Origin: Candidatus Nitrotoga sp.
GTDB lineage: Bacteria; Pseudomonadota; Gammaproteobacteria; Burkholderiales; Gallionellaceae
NCBI GenBank assembly: GCA_044337935.1
Contig: JBIIMQ010000001.1
Location: 1-42,597 of the forward strand
Direction: 5' to 3'
Length of the DNA stretch: 42,597 nt
A model generated the notes under the pieces. The model was given only the letters and a program-made list of their open reading frames with translations, was not told where the DNA came from and searched no databases. A program made the position numbers and the translations under genes. Below, piece after piece: positions 31,871 to 40,773 of the stretch. Numbering within the stretch: position 1 is the stretch's first letter; every line of letters starts with the position of its first letter.

Positions 31871-32815
31871 ATGCATAAGTTTAAGAAAACGATGATCGCT
31901 GCAATGATGGTAACCGGAATTTTTTCCGCACCGCAGGTTTTTGCAAAAACCGTGAAAGTCACGATGACGGCGATGGAAGTTGATCTGGCCGTAAATAACA
32001 AGGGTGACGTTAAAATGGCGGCATGGACATTTGATGGTTCCATTCCCGGTAAGCCTGTTCGTGTAGAAGAAGGTGATACAGTCGATTTCACATTAGTTAA
32101 CCCTCCCGAAAACAAAAATTCGCATGCCATGGATTTTCACGCAGCCAAAGTTGATGTGTTGAATGAATTCGGTGAAATCAAACCTGGACAAACCAAGCAT
32201 TTCAAGTTTGAAGCTACTACGCCGGGTGTATTTATGTACCACTGTGGCGCAAGCACGATGGCTCAGCATATTGCCAAGGGTATGTATGGAATGATTATTG
32301 TCGAACCCAAAAACAAGAAGAACTATCCAAAAGCAGACCGTGAATACATGCTGATTCAGCAGCAATATTTCCCGGACAGCGAGAACATCACTGGCTTACT
32401 TGAAAATACTGGATGGAAAGGTGCTCTCATCAACGGCAAAATGTTCCATTACGATCCTGTTCATGAGCCAAATGCAACTCAGGTTCTGGAATCCAAGCCT
32501 GGCGAACGTGTCCGTATTTTCTTTGTAAATGCGAGCATCAACAATCCGGTTGCATTGCATCCTATCGCAGGGATTTGGGATCGTGTGTATATCAATGGCA
32601 ACCCGAAGAACACTCTATACGGCATTCAAACATATAACGTGGCGGTAGCTGAAGGCAGTACATTTGACATCGTTTCACCGGCCGATCGTCCGACCAACGT
32701 TGCCATAGTTGATCATGCGATGGGCGCGGCGTTACGTGGTGCCATTACGGTTCTGATGAACAAGCCTGACGCTGATCCGAAAAAAGGTCGTGGTGATCAA
32801 ATTCTGATCAGATAA
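31871..32815 (+). CDS. nirK: Copper-containing nitrite reductase (short Nitrosomonas/Nitrobacter type)
   Basis: Signal peptide VFA|KTV; SHAMDFHA (T1 His, catalytic Asp, T2 His), YHCG...QHIAKGMYG (T2 His; T1 Cys/His/Met), LHPIAG (catalytic His), VDHA (T2 His). Confidence 0.93.
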   Translation: MHKFKKTMIAAMMVTGIFSAPQVFAKTVKVTMTAMEVDLAVNNKGDVKMAAWTFDGSIPGKPVRVEEGDTVDFTLVNPPENKNSHAMDFHAAKVDVLNEFGEIKPGQTKHFKFEATTPGVFMYHCGASTMAQHIAKGMYGMIIVEPKNKKNYPKADREYMLIQQQYFPDSENITGLLENTGWKGALINGKMFHYDPVHEPNATQVLESKPGERVRIFFVNASINNPVALHPIAGIWDRVYINGNPKNTLYGIQTYNVAVAEGSTFDIVSPADRPTNVAIVDHAMGAALRGAITVLMNKPDADPKKGRGDQILIR

Positions 32816-32837
32816 TTTCTGGTAGCAATCTGCATTA

Positions 32838-32867
32838 ATTTTGAGGAGGCCGTTGCCTCCTCAAAAT
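32838..32867 (+). terminator. 13-bp perfect hairpin after nirK (terminator or mRNA-stabilising stem)
   Basis: ATTTTGAGGAGGC-CGTT-GCCTCCTCAAAAT; weak downstream U-tract. Confidence 0.6.
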
Positions 32868-33131
32868 ATTTGAACTCGGCTCATCACATTGATTTTTAGC
32901 GATTGGGAGCGTACAGTGAAGTTCCCTGATGGTTCATTATTATTTAGTGTACCGCACGTGCAGCCTTTGGAGGTGTAGGTTTCGAGCTTCATAACGATCG
33001 AACTGTAATGGGGGATGTTGGCATGCTTATTTTACAAAGTGGGATTAACGTTCTGCGAGTGATATGAAATAGGTATGGGGCATATAAAAGTTATCCGAAC
33101 TTTAATAAAAAATTTACAGGGAGATTCAGTT

Positions 33132-33656
33132 ATGAAAATCAGCAAAATTTGTATGCTTGTTTCCTCATTAATCACGGCCGGCTTTTTGTCTGCGCCAGTT
33201 TTTGCTGCCGATAAGAATCCGCTTAACGGCTATACCATTCATGTTATGGCACCGCATGTCATGGATGGCGAAGTCATCGGGCCGTTCCATCATTACTGCA
33301 AGCCGATCAGCGACGACGTTATTCAATGCATTTTGTTTGAATCAACTGATCCTAATGCCCGCCTGACCGAAATTGAATACATGGTCTCCAAAAAAGTTAC
33401 CGGATCGGTCATACCGAAATGGTCACATACGCAAAATTGGCATGATCATAAGCAAGAAATAGAAACGGGTCGTGTTGCCATCGTTAATCCAACTGATCCA
33501 AAAGAGCAAAAAGGGTTGGCGGATTATGTTGCTGGAACCGATGGCATTATTTTCCACCTGTGGCCGAAAGACGCGCCTATTCCTGATGGCTCTGTTGGGA
33601 TTCCCCAATCAGTTGGGCATTGGGAAGAGCTACATGGAAAAATTGGTAAAAAATAA
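33132..33656 (+). CDS. Secreted DUF1264 (OBAP-like) family protein
   Basis: Signal peptide VFA|ADK; motifs HHYC, QCILF, ARL.EIEY, WHDH..EI..G, G..FHLW; GGGAG RBS before ATG 33132. Confidence 0.8.
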   Translation: MKISKICMLVSSLITAGFLSAPVFAADKNPLNGYTIHVMAPHVMDGEVIGPFHHYCKPISDDVIQCILFESTDPNARLTEIEYMVSKKVTGSVIPKWSHTQNWHDHKQEIETGRVAIVNPTDPKEQKGLADYVAGTDGIIFHLWPKDAPIPDGSVGIPQSVGHWEELHGKIGKK

Positions 33657-33670
33657 ATTTATTTGATTCA

Positions 33671-33720
33671 GCAAGAGGCACGGGGTTTGTCCATAACGGG
33701 ATAAGTGCCGTGTCTTTTGT
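33671..33720 (+). terminator. Long imperfect hairpin between the DUF1264 gene and cytochrome c
   Basis: GCAAGAGGCACGG...CCGTGTCTTTTGT outer stem with G-U pairs, inner TTTGTCC/GGATAAG stem, T-rich tail just before the next RBS. Confidence 0.55.
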
Positions 33721-33738
33721 TTTATGAGGAGTGATGCC

Positions 33739-34173
33739 ATGTTTCTTGTAGAGAAAAGCAGGTGGTTATGGATCGCTATTTTGTTAAGTGTCGTTTCGCA
33801 AAGTGCATTGGCTTTTCATAAGGATGTGTATGAGCCGCGAGTGCCCCAGGCGATTCTTGCGCAGGAACAACAAGTAAAAAGTCCGTATCCGGTTACACCG
33901 GAGCGAATTGAAGCGGGCCGTAAAATTTATTTTGGGGATGGTTATTGTGTTACTTGCCACAGCAAGGATGGTACAGGTGTCAGCTTGCCCGGACATGCGC
34001 CGCGTGATTTTACTGACACAAAATGGCAAAAACTTCGCACAGACGGGGAATTGATGTGGGTGTTAAAACATGGTAGCCCGGGGACTGGAATGCCGATTCG
34101 GGTTGGCACGGAGATTAATGAAGAAGAAGGTTGGAATGTCATTCAATTCATCCGTACTTTCGGGGGCAAGTAG
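33739..34173 (+). CDS. Periplasmic monohaem cytochrome c
   Basis: Signal peptide ALA|FHK, CVTCH, PRDFT, distal GSPGTGMP; GAGGAG RBS 7 nt before ATG 33739. Confidence 0.88.
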   Translation: MFLVEKSRWLWIAILLSVVSQSALAFHKDVYEPRVPQAILAQEQQVKSPYPVTPERIEAGRKIYFGDGYCVTCHSKDGTGVSLPGHAPRDFTDTKWQKLRTDGELMWVLKHGSPGTGMPIRVGTEINEEEGWNVIQFIRTFGGK

Positions 34174-34367
34174 GAAGGTTGTTTGAAACGGGGTGGTTGC
34201 CTTCAGTGTGCAAATTTATCCCTGTTTCCCGCAAGCGCAGACGTTTGAATGTGGTGTATATGTTTAGAGAAATAATTTTCACCCTGAATCAGAGAGATGC
34301 AGTTGGAGCCTGCGCCTTAAAAATAAGTTTTGATCAGGCATAGACCAGAGGAAATTGGGCCATCACT

Positions 34368-35684
34368 ATGGCAAAAAAAATAATGGCAGGGATGGTGCTG
34401 CTAGGGGTCGTTATGCTGGCGGGGTATTTCATTAGTCAGCGTATTTCTATCACATGGCTTGACACTCAAGTCACAACTCAAGTTACATCTCCCGATACTA
34501 AAGTTAAATCTTTAGCCGAGATTGGTAAAGCCGGACAGGAAAAAATCTGGATTTGCCCGATGCATCCGGAAATCATGCAAAACCATCCGGGCACTTGTCC
34601 GATTTGTGGCATGGATCTGGTCCAGTCAAAAAATCCAGCAGCGCACAACCATGACCATGGCATTCATGTTGATACTGCCTCCATTCAAAAGCTTGGTGTT
34701 AGATTGGAAAGTGTAAAAAAGATCCCGTTCAGTCAGGAAATCCGTACTTATGGCAATGTGATTGTTGATGGGGACACGCTTTATAATGTCCATACCAAGA
34801 TCGATGGCTGGATAAGAAGGTTGAATATTAATTCGGTCGGACAGCAGATTCGCAAAGGACAAATAATCTACGAGATCTATTCTCCCGATTTGATTGCACA
34901 ACAAAAAGAGTATTTGAGGTTTATTGTGCGCCGGGATCAGACGTTAAAAACGATCGGCGACATTTCTCCGCTAGTTGAAAATCCATATGTGATGGATCTG
35001 CTGCAAGAGCTTTCCAGAGAAAGAACTAAATTTCTCTATAAAGATATTGCCATTGAATCCGTTCAACAGATGGAGAGCTCCAAGCAAGCTATTGAGGTGG
35101 TTAAAATACTGGCTGGTCAAGCGGGTGTCGTGACGCAAATTAATGCGCGCGAAGGTAACTTTGTCACGCCTTCCGCCACCCTGTTTACTCTGGCCGATGT
35201 CTCCAAGGTATGGGTAGATATCACGCTTTACCCCGACCAGGCTGGCCGGGTAAAGAATGGCGATGCAGTGACCATAAAAACCCCCGATGGGCAGAAAATC
35301 AAAACCAAGCTCGACTTTGTCAATCCTCTTGCCGAAAATAACAAAATCAACGCAAGGGTAACACTTGATAACACCAATCTACATTTGCGTCCGGGCAGCT
35401 TTGTCGACGTAAGCATCCACGCCCAGCCGCACGAAGCGCTCGTTTTGCCCCGCTCGTCAGTCATCCACACTGGACAGGGCGACTTGGTAATCCTGTCCAG
35501 AGGTGAGGGGCATTTTCTCCCTGTTAATATCGAGACAGGGATCGAAAGCGGGGACTGGATCGAGGTTGTAGATGGCCTGCTGGAAGGCGCAGAGGTAGCC
35601 GTAAACGGCCAGTTCCTGCTGGACGCCGCATCATCGCTGCAAGGTGCCGCGCAACGTATGCAGGATTCCCATAAGCACCAATGA
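34368..35684 (+). CDS. cusB: CusB-family heavy-metal efflux membrane fusion protein with N-terminal metal-binding domain
   Basis: TM anchor, WICPMHP...CPICGMDL, IYSPDLIAQQKEY, LADVSKVWV, VNGQFLLDA; overlaps the cusA start. Confidence 0.88.
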   Translation: MAKKIMAGMVLLGVVMLAGYFISQRISITWLDTQVTTQVTSPDTKVKSLAEIGKAGQEKIWICPMHPEIMQNHPGTCPICGMDLVQSKNPAAHNHDHGIHVDTASIQKLGVRLESVKKIPFSQEIRTYGNVIVDGDTLYNVHTKIDGWIRRLNINSVGQQIRKGQIIYEIYSPDLIAQQKEYLRFIVRRDQTLKTIGDISPLVENPYVMDLLQELSRERTKFLYKDIAIESVQQMESSKQAIEVVKILAGQAGVVTQINAREGNFVTPSATLFTLADVSKVWVDITLYPDQAGRVKNGDAVTIKTPDGQKIKTKLDFVNPLAENNKINARVTLDNTNLHLRPGSFVDVSIHAQPHEALVLPRSSVIHTGQGDLVILSRGEGHFLPVNIETGIESGDWIEVVDGLLEGAEVAVNGQFLLDAASSLQGAAQRMQDSHKHQ

Positions 35685-38600
35685 TTGCCCGTGTTATATC
35701 CTGGTCGTTACGTAATCATCTGCTGGTTTTGCTGCTAGCAGCGTTGATCAGCGCTTGGGGCGTCTACTCCTTGCGTCATACCGCGCTGGATGCAATCCCC
35801 GATCTTTCGGATGTCCAGGTCATCATCAAAACTACTTACCCCGGCCAATCGCCTCAAGCGGTGGAAGACCAGGTAACGTATCCGCTTACCTCGGCGCTAC
35901 TGTCGGTACCCGGTTCTACTGCGGTTCGCGGCTTTTCCATGTTCGGCGAATCGTTCATCTACATTATTTTCAAAGACGGAACCGATCCTTATTGGGCACG
36001 CACGCGAGTGCTTGAATACCTGAGCCAGATGGCGGGAAAGCTACCGGCAGGCGTAACGCCGGCACTTGGGCCGGATGCGTCCGGTGTGGGTTGGATATTT
36101 GAATACGCGTTAACCGACCGCCAGCATCGCCATGATCCTGACCAATTGCGCGCGCTACAGGATTTTTTTCTGAAATATGAATTGCAAAGCCTGCCCGGTG
36201 TCGCCGAAGTGGCGAGTATTGGTGGCATGGTGCGGCAATACCAGATCGAAGTAAATCCAACTCGATTGGCCGCATATAAACTGACCTTGGATAGTGTGGC
36301 GCAATCGGTGCGCGACAGTAACCTGTCCGGTGGCGGCTCAGTTGTGGAAATGGGACGCGCCGAATACATGATTCGGGCGCGTGGTTATCTCAAAACGCTG
36401 GATGATTTCCGGCAAATTCCGCTCGGTACAGACGCGCAAGGTGTTTTCATCCGATTGCAGGACGTGGCTCATATCCACACCGGGCCGGAGGCGCGCCGTG
36501 GCGTTGTTGATCTTGATGGAGAGGGCGAAGTTGTAGGCGGGGTCGTTGTGATGCGGTATGGCAATAACGCATTGGAAACGATAGAGCGGGTCAAGACACG
36601 CTTGCAGGAACTGAAGGCGGGATTGCCCCAAGGGGTGGAATTGGTGGTTACCTATGACCGCTCTGGCCTGATTAAACGTGCCATCAGTACCTTGCGCGAG
36701 AAGTTGCTCGAGGAGTCACTGGCAGTCGCACTGGTTTGTCTGCTGTTCCTGTTTCACCTGCGCTCATCGCTGGTGGCAGTTGTAACGTTGCCTATCGGTA
36801 TTCTGGCCGCATTTGTCATCATGCAACAACAGGGCGTCAGCGCCAACATCATGTCGCTGGGCGGCATTGCAATCGCGATTGGTGCGATGGTTGACGCTGC
36901 CATTGTGATGATTGAAAACATGCATAAGCATCTGGAGCGTGCCGGAGCCAACCCCGATTACTGGCAGGTGGTGAAAGCAAGTTCGCTGGAAGTAGGCCCA
37001 GCCCTGTTCTTCTCGCTGCTGGTCATCACTATCTCCTTCCTGCCGGTGTTAACACTGGACGGGCAGGAAGGCAGACTATTCGCTCCCCTCGCCTACACAA
37101 AAACTTATGCAATGGCCGCCAGCGCATTCCTTGCGATAACACTCACGCCTGTGCTGATGGGTTATTTCATTCGTGGGCGGATTCGTTCGGAACAACGCAA
37201 TCCGTTGAACCGCGTATTACAAGCCTGCTACCGGCCAGTGCTATTGGCCGCTTTAAGCAAACGCAAGATGACTGTATTAGCCACGTTACTGCTATTGGCT
37301 ACCGTGGTGTGGCCGCTGGCCAAACTGGGCAGCGAATTCATGCCGCCCTTGTATGAAGGCGACCTGCTGTATATGCCCACAACTTTGCCCGGCTTGTCCG
37401 TAGACGAAGCAGCTAATATTTTGCAAATTACAGATCGTTTAATTCGTGCCCTGCCCGAAGTCGAGCGCGTATTCGGCAAAGCCGGCCGCGCCGAGACAGC
37501 GACCGATCCGGCACCGTTTTCGATGCTGGAAACTACCATTCTTCTCAAGCCGCGTGACCAGTGGCCGCCGGGAGAAACGGTGGAGCAATTAATGCACAAA
37601 CTTGATGACCAAGTACGGTTGCCGGGGCTTACCAATTCCTGGGGCTATCCGATTCGCACCCGCATAGACATGCTCTCCACCGGCATTAAAACGCCGCTGG
37701 GAATTAAAGTTACCGGCCCGGATCTGGCCGGTATCACCGAACTTGCCCAGCAAATCGCGGCGGCGATCAAGAACGTGCCGGGCACGCGCACCGTATTCGC
37801 CGAGCGTGCCACCGGCGGGCGTTATCTGGACATCGACGTTAACCGGACGCAAGCCGCACGTTATGGCATTACTATCGCGGATGTGCAGCGTTTGGTGCAG
37901 GGCGCAATCGGTGGCGAAAACATTGGCACAGTGATTGACGGGCGCGAACGTTTTCAGATCAATCTGCGCTATCCGCGTGCCCTGCGCGATTCTCTGCCGG
38001 CACTTGCGGCCAGCCGAATCACCATGCCTTCCGGGGTGCAAGTGCCGCTGGGCGAACTGGCGCATTTGCACTTCAGTGATGGCGCGTCGGAAATCAAAAG
38101 CGAAAATGCACGCTTGAACGCCTACGTATATATCGACATTACTGGGCGCGACCTCGGCGGTTATGTGAACGAAGCCAAGCGCGCATTGGAAAAATCGGTG
38201 ACATTGCCGCCCGGTTACGCCATTGCCTGGTCGGGGCAATACGTAAATTTGCAACATGCCAAAGAACGCATGCAATGGGTCATCCCGCTGACGCTGGTAC
38301 TGGCGGTTTTATTGCTATACATGCACTTCCGCCATTTCGGCAAAGTGCTGCTGGTACTGCTATGCCTGCCATTCTCCCTAGTTGGGGGCTTCTGGCTGGT
38401 ATACGCGCTGGGATATAACTTATCGGTGGCAGTAGCGGTGGGCTTCATTGCGCTGGCGGGCGTAGCCGCCGAATTTGGCGTAGTCATGCTGCTGTATCTT
38501 GATAATGCCATTGAAGAGTTACGCAATGCCGGACGCTTGAATAACCGTCACGATTTGCACCAGGCCATCATTCAAGGAGCGCTGCTGCGTATTCGCCCGA

Positions 38601-38791
38601 AAATGATGACTGTCTCGGTAATCGTGGTAGGTCTGCTACCGGTAATGTTCAGTCAGGGCGCCGGTGCAGAAGTCATGAAACGCATTGCCGCGCCGTTGGT
38701 AGGCGGCATGCTAACGGCACCGTTGTTATCGTTAATCGTGATTCCTGTCCTGTATTCGTGGTGGCAAGGGCGGGGTATGGCGAAGGACTGA
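35681..38791 (+). CDS. cusA: CusA/SilA-type Cu(I)/Ag(I) RND efflux permease
   Basis: DAIPDLSDVQVII, LGPDASGVGWIFEY, GAMVDAAIVMIEN, Met triad (LLYMPT, FSMLET, IDMLSTG), GVAAEFG, RPKMMT. Confidence 0.95.
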   Translation: MIARVISWSLRNHLLVLLLAALISAWGVYSLRHTALDAIPDLSDVQVIIKTTYPGQSPQAVEDQVTYPLTSALLSVPGSTAVRGFSMFGESFIYIIFKDGTDPYWARTRVLEYLSQMAGKLPAGVTPALGPDASGVGWIFEYALTDRQHRHDPDQLRALQDFFLKYELQSLPGVAEVASIGGMVRQYQIEVNPTRLAAYKLTLDSVAQSVRDSNLSGGGSVVEMGRAEYMIRARGYLKTLDDFRQIPLGTDAQGVFIRLQDVAHIHTGPEARRGVVDLDGEGEVVGGVVVMRYGNNALETIERVKTRLQELKAGLPQGVELVVTYDRSGLIKRAISTLREKLLEESLAVALVCLLFLFHLRSSLVAVVTLPIGILAAFVIMQQQGVSANIMSLGGIAIAIGAMVDAAIVMIENMHKHLERAGANPDYWQVVKASSLEVGPALFFSLLVITISFLPVLTLDGQEGRLFAPLAYTKTYAMAASAFLAITLTPVLMGYFIRGRIRSEQRNPLNRVLQACYRPVLLAALSKRKMTVLATLLLLATVVWPLAKLGSEFMPPLYEGDLLYMPTTLPGLSVDEAANILQITDRLIRALPEVERVFGKAGRAETATDPAPFSMLETTILLKPRDQWPPGETVEQLMHKLDDQVRLPGLTNSWGYPIRTRIDMLSTGIKTPLGIKVTGPDLAGITELAQQIAAAIKNVPGTRTVFAERATGGRYLDIDVNRTQAARYGITIADVQRLVQGAIGGENIGTVIDGRERFQINLRYPRALRDSLPALAASRITMPSGVQVPLGELAHLHFSDGASEIKSENARLNAYVYIDITGRDLGGYVNEAKRALEKSVTLPPGYAIAWSGQYVNLQHAKERMQWVIPLTLVLAVLLLYMHFRHFGKVLLVLLCLPFSLVGGFWLVYALGYNLSVAVAVGFIALAGVAAEFGVVMLLYLDNAIEELRNAGRLNNRHDLHQAIIQGALLRIRPKMMTVSVIVVGLLPVMFSQGAGAEVMKRIAAPLVGGMLTAPLLSLIVIPVLYSWWQGRGMAKD

Positions 38792-39035
38792 TAAAGGGTT
38801 CCGCTATGGATTTTGATCGCGTCAGAAGTCAGTCAGCAATGCTACATTTCGTCCGCTTCACGCCGCTCCGTAATTTGTGTTGCCAACACTCGTTAGCTCC
38901 GAATCGCTTTTCAAGCAAGATAATAAACTTTACTCAATGCAATGATTTATATCGTTTTTATTGGAACGCAGAGTTTATTATCTTTAGATGATGATAATAA
39001 ATTTTATTCATGTAACTAATTTTTAAATACTTTTT

Positions 39036-40529
39036 CTAATTCCCTAATTTATTATCAGTTGGTGTTGAAAATAAATCCCCCGGCTTATCTGCCAAGGTAG
39101 ATTTGGCATAAGCCATGTTGCGCTTGGCACGGTCGGCAAGGGCCACGAGCACGCCTTGTTCCAACCATGTTTTAAGCATACGAGAAGCCTTAAGTGTGTC
39201 CACTTGAGCAATCCGGCACAAGTCGCTATTGGCAATCTGACCGTTACGGTCAATCCAGTTGCTGACTTCATCCCACACGCTCGGACGTTCCGAATTCAGT
39301 AGCGTGACGGTCACGCTTTCAACGGCTGTCGCGGTATTCTGCGCGTACTGCGGCGGGTAGAGGTGTGCCGCCGCCATTTCGGCGAACATCATACGCACCC
39401 CCTCACCCGCATCAATGTTGGGCGGCAATGGAAACTCCCGTAATGCAGAGGCAATCAAAGGATTGCGCGCTTTTGAGCCAGCCGATGCAATGTTGGCAAG
39501 TGTGATTGCACCCGGAAATATGCCCGGACTTTCCACTTCGATCCGGTTATCAAAAATACGGATAAAAATATCGCGGTTCAGACGATAGTCGCGATGAATC
39601 ACCGCATTCACAATTGCTTCCTTCATCACCCGATTAGGATAAACGTGCCGTGTTTTGAAACCGCTGCTGGAAAGGGTAATCCCCTGCGCCAATTCATCCT
39701 GCACCGCCCGCACGGCTTCGTCGATCTGATCTATCAGTGGGCCGCGTATTGTTTTGGGCTGTTTGCGCAAATTGGGTGTTGGTCCGGCTCTCACTGCATT
39801 CCCGTCATACACCATTAGACGAATATCGGCACGCGTGCCATGCGCCGCCAGCAAGCTGCCCGGTTCTTCGGCAAATAAAAGTACCGCCGCACGACGCGGC
39901 AAGATTTCGCCGCCCACTTTTTCCGCCAATCCGATACGAAAAAGTTGTTCGGCCTGCGCACCGCTTTTCAAACCGCGTGCCGCCACAAAGCGTGCCCATG
40001 CATCAGTCGCTAACAGTTCCAGCTCGATCGGTAACGGTTCGCTTTCTGCGCTCCTTACGCCGCGCCGATAGGAAAGTTCAGTGATTTCAGCGGCGGTCAT
40101 TTGGCGGTTGCCTGCTTCCAGTCGTGTCCATGTGCCGTCATTCACAATCGAATGTACCTTGTCGCTTTTTAGCACCTGCACCAGTAGCAAATGCCCGGTA
40201 GCACCATCGCGCAAAGTGCAGGGAACTCGCAAAAAACGGATGGTTTCCATTGACGGATGGAACTCCGTGCGTACCTTGCGTTGCAGTTCGTCCACCGCCT
40301 CGGGGTTTTCCTGAACACCGTAGAAGCGAGCTATACCCGAGGATTTTTTCGGGTCTTCCACACCTAGTGCCAGTGCGCCGCCATCGGTATTGGCAAAGGC
40401 GCACACCGTTTCCAGAGCCTTGCCCACCATCTTGCCGGAGACGCGCTTAAAATCCAGCGTGCGGCTTTCAGGCAGAGCAAGCATCTTGGTGATGAGGTTT
40501 GCGGCTTGAGTGGGGTCGAGTTCAATCAT
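39036..40529 (-). CDS. AlbA_2 (Schlafen) domain + HATPase_c_4 (RecG C-terminal-like) + wHTH protein
   Basis: ESRTLDFK...VCAFANTDGG.LALGVED; EAIVNAVIHRDY, IEVESPG, RNPLIA, GEGVRMM; C-terminal HTH-like segment. Confidence 0.88.
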   Translation of the reverse strand: MIELDPTQAANLITKMLALPESRTLDFKRVSGKMVGKALETVCAFANTDGGALALGVEDPKKSSGIARFYGVQENPEAVDELQRKVRTEFHPSMETIRFLRVPCTLRDGATGHLLLVQVLKSDKVHSIVNDGTWTRLEAGNRQMTAAEITELSYRRGVRSAESEPLPIELELLATDAWARFVAARGLKSGAQAEQLFRIGLAEKVGGEILPRRAAVLLFAEEPGSLLAAHGTRADIRLMVYDGNAVRAGPTPNLRKQPKTIRGPLIDQIDEAVRAVQDELAQGITLSSSGFKTRHVYPNRVMKEAIVNAVIHRDYRLNRDIFIRIFDNRIEVESPGIFPGAITLANIASAGSKARNPLIASALREFPLPPNIDAGEGVRMMFAEMAAAHLYPPQYAQNTATAVESVTVTLLNSERPSVWDEVSNWIDRNGQIANSDLCRIAQVDTLKASRMLKTWLEQGVLVALADRAKRNMAYAKSTLADKPGDLFSTPTDNKLGN

Positions 40530-40773
40530 TTGATTAATATTGCAAGCGTTGAATGCAACGCGTCTAGAAGTTTTTGCGAGATGTTGTCAAAAATGCGTGG
40601 CATGGTGCAATGGAATTCCTTGGTTGATTGCTACTTCAAGTGATTGTATCGCAATGGGCATCGTTGATTATGGATAAGCTGCCATCAACTTGGTACGCGG
40701 AGTGTTGTCGAAACATTTTGATGTTGCAACGTAAGTAGCAAAAATCAAGGATCATCAATTAGTTGTAACGGAT

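Noticed and set aside
32890-33035. FNR-like TTGAT-N4-AGCGA and sigma54-like TGGCATG-N4-TTTT upstream of the DUF1264 gene
   Set aside because: The FNR right half matches only 3/5, and the sigma54 -12 GC is absent.
34462-34487. Short imperfect tandem repeat in cusB (TQVT-TQVT)
   Set aside because: Only two 12-bp units in a flexible linker, with no sign of phase variation.
37589-38275. 228-aa antisense ORF, and similar ones such as 2028-2564, 18231-18683, 21995-22483 and 28075-28545
   Set aside because: They lie opposite well-conserved genes and have no motifs; these are codon-bias shadows.
38792-39035. Possible attC site or IS end between cusA and the Schlafen gene (…AAC…GTTAGC)
   Set aside because: No convincing paired R/L boxes, terminal inverted repeats, integrase or transposase.
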